Shown: positions 46,344-54,865 of the stretch, piece after piece | Layout: the number at the start of each line of letters is the position of its first letter | Position numbering within the stretch: position 1 is the first letter of the stretch | Source: Patescibacteria group bacterium | GTDB taxonomy: Bacteria > Patescibacteriota > Patescibacteriia > UBA9934 | Reading direction: 5' to 3' | Assembly: GCA_041660165.1 (NCBI GenBank) | Contig: JBAZWW010000002.1 | Span: forward strand, 43,290-107,289 | Length of the DNA: 64,000 bases | Notes under the pieces: model-generated | What the model was told of the DNA's origin: nothing | Databases searched by the model: none | Seen by the model: the letters and a program-made list of their open reading frames with translations, nothing else | Translations under genes and position numbers: made by a program

Positions 46344-48048
46344 TATGTACGCACTTGACCAAGCAAAAAAAGAGATCCTTCTGTCGCTTAAAAAAGCGCT
46401 CGGGAAAACATATTCGGTCACGCCGGATATGCTGGTTACTCCGCCCAAGCCGGAGTACGGCGATTTGAGTTTCCCGTGTTTTGATCTGGCTAAGGGGATG
46501 AAGCGGAACCCTGCAGAAATTGCCATAGAGCTGTCCGCGAAAATGGCGCCCATGCCATTAGTGCCAAAAATCACGGCGCTTGGCCCGTATGTGAATTTTA
46601 CGTTTGACGATGTGGCGTTTACCGAGCACGTTCTTTCCGATATTTCAAAAATGAAAGCTCGCTACGGCAAATCAACCACCGGCAAGGGCAAGAAAGTACT
46701 GGTCGAGTACGTCAATTTCAACACGCACAAAGAAGTGCACGTTGGCCATCTCAGAAATCTCACGCTCGGCAAAGCTGTGGTGAACATTTTGCGAATGAAT
46801 GGTTTTGACGTGACTCCCGTCTCGTATATTAACGACCTCGGCAACAATGTTGCTCGCTGTTTGTGGGGCCTGATTCATCTGCATCCAGGCGAGGAACCGC
46901 AAGGGGACAAGTTGAATTTCCTTGGCCGAGTGTACACGGAGGCCACGCTGGCGATTGGCGAGGATGAGGCCAAGCGCGCGCAAGTTTCTGAGATCCAGCG
47001 GAAGCTCGAAAACATGGAGGGCGATGTAGTTCCTCTTTGGAAAAAGACGCACAAGTGGTCCATGGACGGCATGAAGGAAATTTTTGGCGACTTTGCTTTG
47101 GAACTTGACAAGATTTATTTGGAACACGAAATCATTGCGGACACGCATGAGATTGTGAAGCGTTTGCTGACGGAAGGAATTGCGCGTGTTTCAGAGGGGG
47201 CGGTGATTGTTGACCTTGAGGCTGAGGGATTAGGCGTGAATCTCCTGCGCAAATCTGACGGCACGCTTCTTTATAATGCGAAGGATCTAGCGCTCGCTTA
47301 TAGAAAAGAAACTGATTACGCTGCTGACCGTTCGATTATTGTGGTGGACGCCCGGCAGGCGCTTGCTTTCAAGCAACTGTCAGCCACGCTCAAACGCATG
47401 GACTTCCCGCGAGAAGTGATTCATCTTGCGTTTGATTTTGTAACCTTGCCGGAAGGTGCAATGAGTTCGCGCAAGGGGAACATTGTTCGTTGGACGGAAC
47501 TGCGGGATGCCATGAAAGAGAAGCTGGTCGAGTCTACGAAAACCCGTCATCCGGAATGGCGGGTGCGGAAGATTGAAGCCACGGCGCGCGCGCTGACGTA
47601 CTCGGCCGTGACGTTCATGATGCTCCGCCAGGATCCGGACAAGATCATTACGTTTGATATGGATGAGGCCATGGCCACGGACGGTTTTACCGGCCCGTAT
47701 CTCCTCTATACCATTGCGCGCATTGAGAGCATAAAAAAGAAGGCGCCGATGAAACTTTTGTCTGCCCCAGCTTTGCTGACGCATGAGAAAGAACGGGAGC
47801 TGATGCGATTGCTCGCAAAGTACCCGCTCATTCTTGCACAGGCCGGCGCGCAGTATCGCCCGTCCACCATTGCCCAGTACGGTTTTGATCTGGCGCAAAA
47901 GTTCGCGGGTTATTATGAGGTGGCTAGGATTATTGACGAATCGAACCCGGAATTGTCAGGCGCCCGCTTGGCACTGGCCGATGCGGTACGGCAGGTGTTA
48001 GCAAATCTTTGCGAGGTCTTGGGGCTTGTGATAGTGAAGGAGATGTAA
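46327..48048 (+). CDS. argS: arginyl-tRNA synthetase
   Basis: NTHKEVHVGHLRN class I motif, C-terminal DALR-type anticodon-binding region. Overlaps the tyrS end by 17 nt. Confidence 0.9.
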   Translation: MCALSNMYALDQAKKEILLSLKKALGKTYSVTPDMLVTPPKPEYGDLSFPCFDLAKGMKRNPAEIAIELSAKMAPMPLVPKITALGPYVNFTFDDVAFTEHVLSDISKMKARYGKSTTGKGKKVLVEYVNFNTHKEVHVGHLRNLTLGKAVVNILRMNGFDVTPVSYINDLGNNVARCLWGLIHLHPGEEPQGDKLNFLGRVYTEATLAIGEDEAKRAQVSEIQRKLENMEGDVVPLWKKTHKWSMDGMKEIFGDFALELDKIYLEHEIIADTHEIVKRLLTEGIARVSEGAVIVDLEAEGLGVNLLRKSDGTLLYNAKDLALAYRKETDYAADRSIIVVDARQALAFKQLSATLKRMDFPREVIHLAFDFVTLPEGAMSSRKGNIVRWTELRDAMKEKLVESTKTRHPEWRVRKIEATARALTYSAVTFMMLRQDPDKIITFDMDEAMATDGFTGPYLLYTIARIESIKKKAPMKLLSAPALLTHEKERELMRLLAKYPLILAQAGAQYRPSTIAQYGFDLAQKFAGYYEVARIIDESNPELSGARLALADAVRQVLANLCEVLGLVIVKEM

Positions 48049-48105
48049 GTGAAGAACAGATAAACACAGATCGAGTAAACACGACAGATTAAACACAGAT
48101 ATTAT

Positions 48106-48471
48106 ATGGCAAAAAATACGGGGGGAGAGACAATAATAGCTCGTGGGGTTCGGATAGAAGGGGATTTTATTGCCGAAGGCGATATCATCATTGAAGGCGA
48201 GGTGAGAGGGAAGATTTCTACGGCAGGGGATTTGCGGATCGGCGAAGATGCGCACGTGGAGGCAGATATTAAGGCGGTCAACGCGGTTATTGCTGGAGAC
48301 GTTCACGGCAATATGGTGGTAGAGTCCAGACTTGATCTTTTAGCATCCTCTCATGTTTCGGGCGATGTAAGGGTGGACACGCTGGCGGTAGAAGCTGGCG
48401 CGCAGGTGAATGGCACGATTCATATGGGCGCGGAGGAAGTAAAAACTAAGAAAAAAGGGAGTGAGGAGTAA
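48106..48471 (+). CDS. bactofilin-family polymer-forming protein
   Basis: Repetitive beta-helical G-x-V/I-x-G pattern (IEGDFIAEGDIIIEGEVRGKI ...), about 120 aa. Confidence 0.75.
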   Translation: MAKNTGGETIIARGVRIEGDFIAEGDIIIEGEVRGKISTAGDLRIGEDAHVEADIKAVNAVIAGDVHGNMVVESRLDLLASSHVSGDVRVDTLAVEAGAQVNGTIHMGAEEVKTKKKGSEE

Positions 48472-48473
48472 GT

Positions 48474-49214
48474 GTGTACTCCTACATTTACGATGAATCT
48501 CTTGAGGACCGCCGGCATGAGCGGGAAATCGCTCTGGTTGAAACGCGGTTGACGGATCTTGGCATCACCGGGAAAATTGTCCGCCTGGCGCTTTTTCGTG
48601 ATGCCGTGCGCGTGATGCGGGAGGAAGTGCGTTCAGGGATCACTACCATTGTTGCCGTGGGCAATGATGAGACGCTATATCGGGCGATTGAAGCGGTGGG
48701 GGATTCAAAAGTGGTTGTGGCCTTTATTCCGATTGGCTCAACCACGCCCATGGCGGATCTCCTTGGTATTCCACAGGGTATGGCCGCGTGCGATATTCTT
48801 TCCGCAAGATTAGTGGCGGATATGGATTTGGGCGAGGTAAACGGACGCCGGTTTCTGCACGCCGCTAAGCTTGACGGTACGCAGGCCACGGTGTTGTGCG
48901 ACGGTCTTTTCACGGCTATTCCTTTGAAGAAATGTACAATGGAGATCAGGAATTTGTACCATCCTGACGCTGTTGCCAGCGCGGATCCCACGGACGGGAA
49001 GCTGACGCTAGTGATCCGCGTGCCAAGATTTTCTTTACTAAAAAAACGGGAAGATGTGAGTATTATCCCGTTTAAAAAGGCGCGTTTTTTCCTGCAAGGC
49101 GGGGGCACTATGGTGGTGGACGGAGAAGAAGTAACGGCCGAAGAATTTGATGTGCGGGCTATTCCTGGGCGTTTGCGTCTGGTGACGGGGAAAGAACGGA
49201 AATTTGGAGTTTGA
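48474..49214 (+). CDS. DAGK-catalytic-domain-like lipid kinase homolog (YegS/BmrU-like) with degenerate GGDG motif
   Basis: IVAVGNDETLYRA stands where IVAVGGDGT is expected. Confidence 0.45.
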   Translation: MYSYIYDESLEDRRHEREIALVETRLTDLGITGKIVRLALFRDAVRVMREEVRSGITTIVAVGNDETLYRAIEAVGDSKVVVAFIPIGSTTPMADLLGIPQGMAACDILSARLVADMDLGEVNGRRFLHAAKLDGTQATVLCDGLFTAIPLKKCTMEIRNLYHPDAVASADPTDGKLTLVIRVPRFSLLKKREDVSIIPFKKARFFLQGGGTMVVDGEEVTAEEFDVRAIPGRLRLVTGKERKFGV

Positions 49215-49650
49215 TCTTTTTGAGGGTGAGGAGGACATGGACGCCAAGGATAACAAGAATGAGAGAGAGGCCGGCGCTCACCATGCAATATTTGCAAATG
49301 GCGTGAATTACAAACAGCTGAAGCCCCACGAGCCAGGCCGAGGTGAAGATGCTGGCAATACTGAGGACGGAAACCGCCGTGAGCGCGTGCTCAACACCAA
49401 ATTCGCGGTAGACGAGCGCGCCAAAAAACATGGTGATGTAGAAGAGCATACCAATCAGCGAGAGAGGAATTCCGAAGACGCTGGAGTACGCGCTCTGTGA
49501 AACCGTTTCACATCCGCTTGAGGCCCCGCACCTGAGCGGAGTGCCGAATACTTTGTGCGCGGTCAGGTATCCGGAGTCCATGAGGCCAAGCATGGCGAGC
49601 GCCATAATGCCTCCAGCTACGCGTCTTAGTCCCTGGTCAATTTTTGTCAT
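49159..49650 (-). CDS. vitamin K epoxide reductase (VKOR) family protein
   Basis: Loop Cys pair RCGASSGC and a TM CKYC active-site motif. The 3' end overlaps the upstream convergent gene by 56 nt. Confidence 0.7.
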   Translation of the reverse strand: MTKIDQGLRRVAGGIMALAMLGLMDSGYLTAHKVFGTPLRCGASSGCETVSQSAYSSVFGIPLSLIGMLFYITMFFGALVYREFGVEHALTAVSVLSIASIFTSAWLVGLQLFVIHAICKYCMVSAGLSLILVILGVHVLLTLKKIKLQISVLSPSPDANAQE

Positions 49651-49726
49651 AATAAAGCGATAGTACTACTGCTTGCGGGGTGTGTACAAATGCACCGCCT
49701 TTGAGACGCCGGTGCTATACTCCTAA

Positions 49727-49771
49727 ACACAACATATAGTGTGTGCCACTTATGCACACCACTATATGCTG
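49727..49771 (+). promoter_or_regulatory. two NrdR-box-like palindromes
   Basis: ACAACATATAGTGTGT and ACACCACTATATGCTG, upstream of the zinc-ribbon ORF and the nrdD operon. Spacing is about 27 nt, which is not the canonical 21 or 31-32. Confidence 0.3.
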
Positions 49772-49781
49772 GAAATCGCGT

Positions 49782-49976
49782 ATGTCCTGTGTTCTGAAAG
49801 AATACCGTTGCCACGGGTGCCAAAAACTCCTTTTTAAGGGAGTCATCGTGGATAGCGTGATTGAGATAAAATGCCGGACGTGCCACGCCCTCAATACTAT
49901 TGAGGAGCGCAGTGCGAACGAGTATTTGTGCGGGATTGTGCCGTGTCCGCATAGGGTGCCGGTTGGGAAAACCTAG
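49782..49976 (+). CDS. small zinc-ribbon protein
   Basis: CHGC ... CRTC pair, 64 aa. Has faint resemblance to the NrdR N-terminal zinc ribbon. Confidence 0.4.
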   Translation: MSCVLKEYRCHGCQKLLFKGVIVDSVIEIKCRTCHALNTIEERSANEYLCGIVPCPHRVPVGKT

Positions 49977-50000
49977 AAAAATCCATAAGAAGCTCCAGAA

Positions 50001-50022
50001 GCTCACCCCAGGTGAGTTTTTA
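50001..50022 (+). terminator. hairpin plus T-run immediately upstream of the nrdD start
   Basis: CTCACC-cca-GGTGAG then TTTTTATTT, 13 nt before the nrdD ATG. Confidence 0.5.
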
Positions 50023-50034
50023 TTTATTTCTTTT

Positions 50035-51879
50035 ATGAATGAAGCGCTCAAGCAGACAGGAGCCACGGTGGACGTGGGGAAGACCATTGGCGAATACCTG
50101 GCCAAGGCCGATTGGCGGGTCAATGCCAATTCGAATCAAGGATTTTCGCTTGGCGGGATGATTTTGAACACCGCCGGAAAGGTGACCGCCAATTATTGGC
50201 TGTCGCATGTCTACCCGTCCGCAGTGGGTGAGGCGCACCGAGACGGCTCGGTTCATATTCATGACTTGGATATGTTTTCCGGCTATTGCGCTGGCTGGAG
50301 CCTCCGCGCCTTGCTTGAGGAGGGTTTTAACGGCGTAGCGGAGAAGATTGAGTCCGGTCCGCCAAAGCATCTGTCTTCCGCGGTGGCGCAAATGGTGAAT
50401 TTTCTTGGCACGCTCCAGAACGAATGGGCTGGCGCGCAGGCCTTTTCCAGTTTTGACACGTACCTGGCTCCCTTTGTGAAAAAGTATGAGCTTGAAATGC
50501 GGGAAGAGCTGACCGCTTCCGGGGCCACGTTTCCAAGCGAGGCAGACCTTGAAAAATATATTGAGGATCGGGTGTATAAGTACGTTCACCAGCAAGTACA
50601 ATCATTCGTCTTTAATTTGAACATTCCCTCGCGCTGGGGGACGCAGACGCCGTTTACCAATATCACGCTTGACTGGGATTGTCCGGACGATTTGAAGCCG
50701 AAGCGTTTGTTGCTCGGTGGAAAACCCTTTGCGTATACCTTTGGCGAACTAGGGAAACAGATGGACATGGTTAACCGCGCGTTCATTGAGGTTATGATGA
50801 AGGGTGATGAAAAAGGAAGGACGTTTACGTTTCCGATCCCTACCTATAACGTGACTAAGGATTTTGCCTGGGAAGATCCTAAGAACCTTCCGCTTTTCGA
50901 AATGACTGCCAAATACGGCACGCCGTATTTCCAGAACTTTGTGAATTCTGATTTGAACCCTGGTGATGTACGAAGCATGTGTTGCCGGTTGCAGTTGAAC
51001 CTAAATGAACTTAGAAAGCGCGGAGGCGGGCTCTTCGGCTCAGCGGAAATGACGGGTTCGATCGGCGTGGTCACGGTGAACGCAGCGAGAATCGGTTATG
51101 AATACAAGGGCGACCGGGAAGGGTTCATGCGGCGCATTGGCGAACTCATGGAACTTGGTAAAACCTCGCTTGAAATTAAACGCAAAGTAATTCAGGAATG
51201 GATTGATGTGGGCCTGTTCCCGTTCACCAAGCGGTATCTTGGTTACTTGCGCAATCACTTTTCTACTATCGGCGTGAACGGTATCAATGAAGCGATCAGA
51301 AACTTTACGGATGATAAGGAAAATGTAGCTACGCCATGGGGCCAGGCATTTGCAACTGAGATACTCGACTTCATGCGTCTCAAACTTGCTGACTTCCAGG
51401 AAGAGACAAAACACTTCTATAACCTTGAAGCCACGCCAGCGGAAGGTGCAACCTACCGCTTTGCAAAGGAAGACCAAAAGCGGTTTGCGGGCATTCTCCA
51501 GGCAGGAACGTTTGAAGCGCCGTATTACACTAATTCATCTCAGCTTCCTGTGGGTTATACGGATGATGTGTTCCTGGCGCTTGAACTTCAAGATGCCCTT
51601 CAGACAAAATATACCGGTGGAACCGTCTTCCACGCGTACATGACGGAACGTTTGCCAAGCGGAGAGCACTGCAGAAATCTAGTGCGGAAAATTTTGTCTC
51701 GCTTCCGGCTTCCGTATATTACGATCACACCTACGTTCTCTATCTGCCCTAAGCACGGTTACCTCACGGGGGAATGGGACTGGTGCCCCAAGTGCGATAC
51801 AGAGAAGGGCGTGTCTCAGGCTCCGCGTCTAGATCCCGTGATTCGCTTGAAGCACGAAAGCGCGCTCTCCGCTAAATAA
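50035..51879 (+). CDS. nrdD: anaerobic ribonucleoside-triphosphate reductase (class III), core without the glycyl-radical motif
   Basis: Class III RNR length and motifs (CCRLQLNLNEL), C-terminal zinc ribbon CPKHG...CPKCD. No RVxGY glycyl-radical motif before the stop. Confidence 0.85.
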   Translation: MNEALKQTGATVDVGKTIGEYLAKADWRVNANSNQGFSLGGMILNTAGKVTANYWLSHVYPSAVGEAHRDGSVHIHDLDMFSGYCAGWSLRALLEEGFNGVAEKIESGPPKHLSSAVAQMVNFLGTLQNEWAGAQAFSSFDTYLAPFVKKYELEMREELTASGATFPSEADLEKYIEDRVYKYVHQQVQSFVFNLNIPSRWGTQTPFTNITLDWDCPDDLKPKRLLLGGKPFAYTFGELGKQMDMVNRAFIEVMMKGDEKGRTFTFPIPTYNVTKDFAWEDPKNLPLFEMTAKYGTPYFQNFVNSDLNPGDVRSMCCRLQLNLNELRKRGGGLFGSAEMTGSIGVVTVNAARIGYEYKGDREGFMRRIGELMELGKTSLEIKRKVIQEWIDVGLFPFTKRYLGYLRNHFSTIGVNGINEAIRNFTDDKENVATPWGQAFATEILDFMRLKLADFQEETKHFYNLEATPAEGATYRFAKEDQKRFAGILQAGTFEAPYYTNSSQLPVGYTDDVFLALELQDALQTKYTGGTVFHAYMTERLPSGEHCRNLVRKILSRFRLPYITITPTFSICPKHGYLTGEWDWCPKCDTEKGVSQAPRLDPVIRLKHESALSAK

Positions 51880-51904
51880 TTATTGTCTTTATAAAAACGC
51901 TTCT

Positions 51905-52129
51905 ATGGATTCCCTGAATAGTGCCGTGGGTTGCGAGGGCCAGGCTACACTCCCGGAGAGGACGCGGTGCGAAGTGTGGACGCGCGTCATGGGCTATCAC
52001 CGTCCCGTGGCCTACTTCAACATCGGCAAGAAGTCAGAACATTATTCACGCAAGCATTTTGACGCCTGCGTTGACGGCAATTCCGCGTTTTCGGCGCAGT
52101 ACGCTCCGGCAACTGCGGCCTTATGCTAA
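51905..52129 (+). CDS. NrdD C-terminal glycyl-radical domain encoded as a separate ORF
   Basis: RCEVWTRVMGYHRPVAYFNIGKKSEHYSRKHF matches the class III RNR glycyl-radical consensus. It is in a different frame, 25 nt after the nrdD stop. Its stop overlaps the nrdG start (ATGCTAA). Confidence 0.6.
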   Translation: MDSLNSAVGCEGQATLPERTRCEVWTRVMGYHRPVAYFNIGKKSEHYSRKHFDACVDGNSAFSAQYAPATAALC

Positions 52130-52827
52130 TCTCCGGCATCCAGCCCTGCACCTTCCTTGACTATCCGAACAAAACGGCCTGCATAGTCTTCACGCCGGGG
52201 TGCAATTTCCGTTGTGCGTATTGTCATAATCCCGAATTTGTTCTCCCTGAGCGGATTGCAAAATTACGGCCAAACTTCATTCCAGAGGAGACGTTCTTCC
52301 GGTTTCTTGATCGGCGGACAGATCTCCTTGACGGGGTGGTAGTAACGGGAGGAGAACCAACGCTCATGCCGGATTTGCTTGAGTTTTTGCGCAAGGTGAA
52401 GGACAAGGGGTTTAAGACAAAATTGGACACAAATGGCAATCGTCCGGCGGTGCTCAAGCGTGCGCTTGACGAAGGACTTGTTGATTACGTGGCCATGGAT
52501 GTGAAAACCAGCTTGGCCGAGTATAAAAACCTGGCCGGCATTCTGGCTGACCCTGATAAGATTGCGGAAAGCATTGAGATTCTTAAAGCAAGTCCGGTTG
52601 AGAGTGAATTCCGCTGTACCATCCTCAAAGAGTTTCATCCGCAGAGAGTCCTTGATGACATGGCAGAGCTTCTGGCGGGTGCTAAGATTTTTTATCTCCA
52701 AAAGTTTAGACCAGGCGTGACCCTCAAAGAAGAGGCGGGGGGATACCATCCATTTACGAACGAGGAAACGGAGGAGATTGCAAATTTCTTCCGCCAGACC
52801 GTTCCTAGTGTTATTATTCGAGCATAA
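52123..52827 (+). CDS. nrdG: anaerobic ribonucleotide reductase activating protein (radical SAM)
   Basis: CNFRCAYCHNPE CxxxCxxC motif. Confidence 0.85.
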   Translation: MLISGIQPCTFLDYPNKTACIVFTPGCNFRCAYCHNPEFVLPERIAKLRPNFIPEETFFRFLDRRTDLLDGVVVTGGEPTLMPDLLEFLRKVKDKGFKTKLDTNGNRPAVLKRALDEGLVDYVAMDVKTSLAEYKNLAGILADPDKIAESIEILKASPVESEFRCTILKEFHPQRVLDDMAELLAGAKIFYLQKFRPGVTLKEEAGGYHPFTNEETEEIANFFRQTVPSVIIRA

Positions 52828-52828
52828 T

Positions 52829-53323
52829 ATGAAATATACATCTGAGCAGTTGGTGTGGGTCAGTGCGCGGTTTGCCATGGGCTTCATTTTCTTCTGGGCG
52901 TATCTTGATAAGCTGTTCGGACTTGGTTTTGCTACGGCGTCCGGCAAGTCATGGCTTGACGGCGTTTCACCAACTACGGGTTTCCTTGGCCACTCATCGG
53001 GCTGGTTTGCGGGTGCCTTCCAGGCGCTTGCGGGGAGCGGGGTGGTTGATGTCCTCTTCATGTTTGGGCTTCTGCTTATTGGCCTGGCGCTTCTTCTTGG
53101 TGTTGGCATGCGCGTGGCTGGCTGGGCTGGCGCACTCATGGTGCTCCTCATGTGGCTCGCTAAGTTTCCGCCGGTCCAAAACCCCATCATTGATGAACAC
53201 ACGGTCTATCTCATTGTTCTTATCGGCCTTGCCGTGACAAGCACAAAGCCCGGTCGGATTTTTGGCCTTGGTCAGGCGTGGGCAAAGACGGCTCTCGTGA
53301 AGAAATACCCTGTACTCGAATAA
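52829..53323 (+). CDS. DoxX-family membrane protein
   Basis: Four-TM DoxX-like layout. The start is 2 nt after the nrdG stop. Confidence 0.7.
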   Translation: MKYTSEQLVWVSARFAMGFIFFWAYLDKLFGLGFATASGKSWLDGVSPTTGFLGHSSGWFAGAFQALAGSGVVDVLFMFGLLLIGLALLLGVGMRVAGWAGALMVLLMWLAKFPPVQNPIIDEHTVYLIVLIGLAVTSTKPGRIFGLGQAWAKTALVKKYPVLE

Positions 53324-53343
53324 GCTTCCCAATCTTCAAAAGA

Positions 53344-53378
53344 AAAAGCATCCGGAATTCCGGATGCTTTTTTTTTGT
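53344..53378. terminator. bidirectional rho-independent terminator
   Basis: AAAAAGCATCCGG-aatt-CCGGATGCTTTTTTTTT between convergent genes. Confidence 0.7.
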
Positions 53379-53384
53379 TGGGCT

Positions 53385-54107
53385 CTATTTTTGAGTTGTA
53401 GTATCTACAGGTGGTGTGGCCGGAGCTTGCTCTGCCGGAGTAGCGGTCGTAAGCGCGTCATCAAGGAGTTTCTTAAAGGCCGGATATCCATTTGGATTAT
53501 CAATGGTCTTGCCATTCAAGAAGAACGTAGGCGTGCCGTTAATGCCGGCGCGGACTCCGCCCTGGTAATCTTTGGTGACGGTTGTCTTGCTCTCATTGCT
53601 GTTCATGTACTTCTCAAAGTCATCTACATTGAGGCTGAGGCTTTTTGCATAGCCCTTCAGCGTCTCGCGGGGATCGGGCTGGTCTACCCAATCGCTTTGC
53701 TTGGCGAACAAGAGCTGGGCATATTGAAAGAACTGTCCCTGTTTTCCAGCGGCCTCTGAGGCCCGGGCGGCAATTTCTGCATTAGGGTGTTTGGAGTAAA
53801 TGGGGAAGTGGCGGAAAACGAATCGAACCTTGTCCGAGTAATCCACCATCAGTTTTTCCACGAGCGGAGCATATGCTCCACAGGCCGGACATTGGAAATC
53901 TGAGTACTCGACTAGTGTAACGGCTGAATCAAGCTTACCCGTCACGTGATCCGTGGGCAGGATGTCATTGGCCAGGGGAGAGCCAACCTGCGTGCTGTCC
54001 TGCATCTTGGCCACGAGGACAAGGAAGCCGAGGACGGCAACGATGCCAACTGCCCAGGCAACGATGGTCCCAACCTTCTTCATAACCGTTTGTTTATCCA
54101 TTTGCAT
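53385..54107 (-). CDS. DsbA-like thiol:disulfide oxidoreductase (CPAC active site)
   Basis: N-terminal TM anchor, then YSDFQCPACGAY thioredoxin motif. Confidence 0.7.
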   Translation of the reverse strand: MQMDKQTVMKKVGTIVAWAVGIVAVLGFLVLVAKMQDSTQVGSPLANDILPTDHVTGKLDSAVTLVEYSDFQCPACGAYAPLVEKLMVDYSDKVRFVFRHFPIYSKHPNAEIAARASEAAGKQGQFFQYAQLLFAKQSDWVDQPDPRETLKGYAKSLSLNVDDFEKYMNSNESKTTVTKDYQGGVRAGINGTPTFFLNGKTIDNPNGYPAFKKLLDDALTTATPAEQAPATPPVDTTTQK

Positions 54108-54191
54108 AGTAGGAAAAGGGTAGCACAGCCCCATAAAAAACAAAACGACCCCACTTCGTCCAGCTGAGCTGGACTACGTTGGGGGTCGCTT

Positions 54192-54277
54192 TGGTGCGCG
54201 AGAGAGGACTCGAACCTCCACACCATTGCTGGCACCAGCCCCTCAAGCTGGCGTGTCTACCATTTCACCACTCGCGC
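54192..54277 (-). tRNA. tRNA-Leu (anticodon GAG)
   Basis: Acceptor GCGCGAG/CTCGCGC, 3-bp D-stem, anticodon loop UUGAGGG, long variable arm, encoded CCA. Confidence 0.85.
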
Positions 54278-54362
54278 ATAGCTCAATGAACGCGAATACT
54301 ATACTTGAGGAATCGGCCCTTGGCAAGAAGGTTTTCGTCTAGTACACTGACGCGGATTTGGA

Positions 54363-54439
54363 ATTTGTTCATGGACGCTTAGCTCAGCTGGTTAGAGCGA
54401 CTCGTTTACACCGAGTAGGTCGAGGGTTCGAACCCCCCA
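54363..54439 (+). tRNA. tRNA-Val (anticodon UAC)
   Basis: Acceptor GGACGCT/AGCGTCC, anticodon stem ACTCG/CGAGT, loop UUUACAC, encoded CCA. Confidence 0.8.
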
Positions 54440-54440
54440 G

Positions 54441-54516
54441 CGTCCACCACGGGCCCTTAGCGCAGCTGGTAGCGCGTTTCCATGGCATGGAAAAGGTCAC
54501 CGGTTCGATCCCGGTA
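54441..54516 (+). tRNA. tRNA-Ala (anticodon GGC)
   Basis: Acceptor GGGCCCT/AGGGTCC with G-U, anticodon loop AUGGCAU, encoded CCA. Starts 2 nt after tRNA-Val. Confidence 0.8.
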
Positions 54517-54605
54517 GGGTCCACCACAAGAAGATGTCTCGAACAGAGATGTCTTTTTGTTTTTTGGGGTACAATGGCCGTAAGGAATTCTTTGACGAGC
54601 GATTT

Positions 54606-54863
54606 ATGATTATTCGCATTTTGATCGGCGCGGGTGTTTCGCTTGCTGGTTTGCTTATTGTTTGGAAAACGCAGATCATGCTGGATTCTGTGGGGCCTAT
54701 TGAATGGGCAGAGAAGACGTTTGGCGGGGGAGGGTCTAGGTTGTTTTATAAACTTTTGGGGACGCTGATCATCCTTATCGGCTTCCTGGTAATTACGAAC
54801 CTCTTTAATACTATTGTGGGCGGTGCCGTTTCGTCAGTGTTTGGCGGAGCTAAACAGTACTAG
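54606..54863 (+). CDS. small membrane protein, hypothetical
   Basis: Two hydrophobic helices. The start is set at MIIRILIGAG. Confidence 0.35.
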   Translation: MIIRILIGAGVSLAGLLIVWKTQIMLDSVGPIEWAEKTFGGGGSRLFYKLLGTLIILIGFLVITNLFNTIVGGAVSSVFGGAKQY

Positions 54864-54865
54864 GT

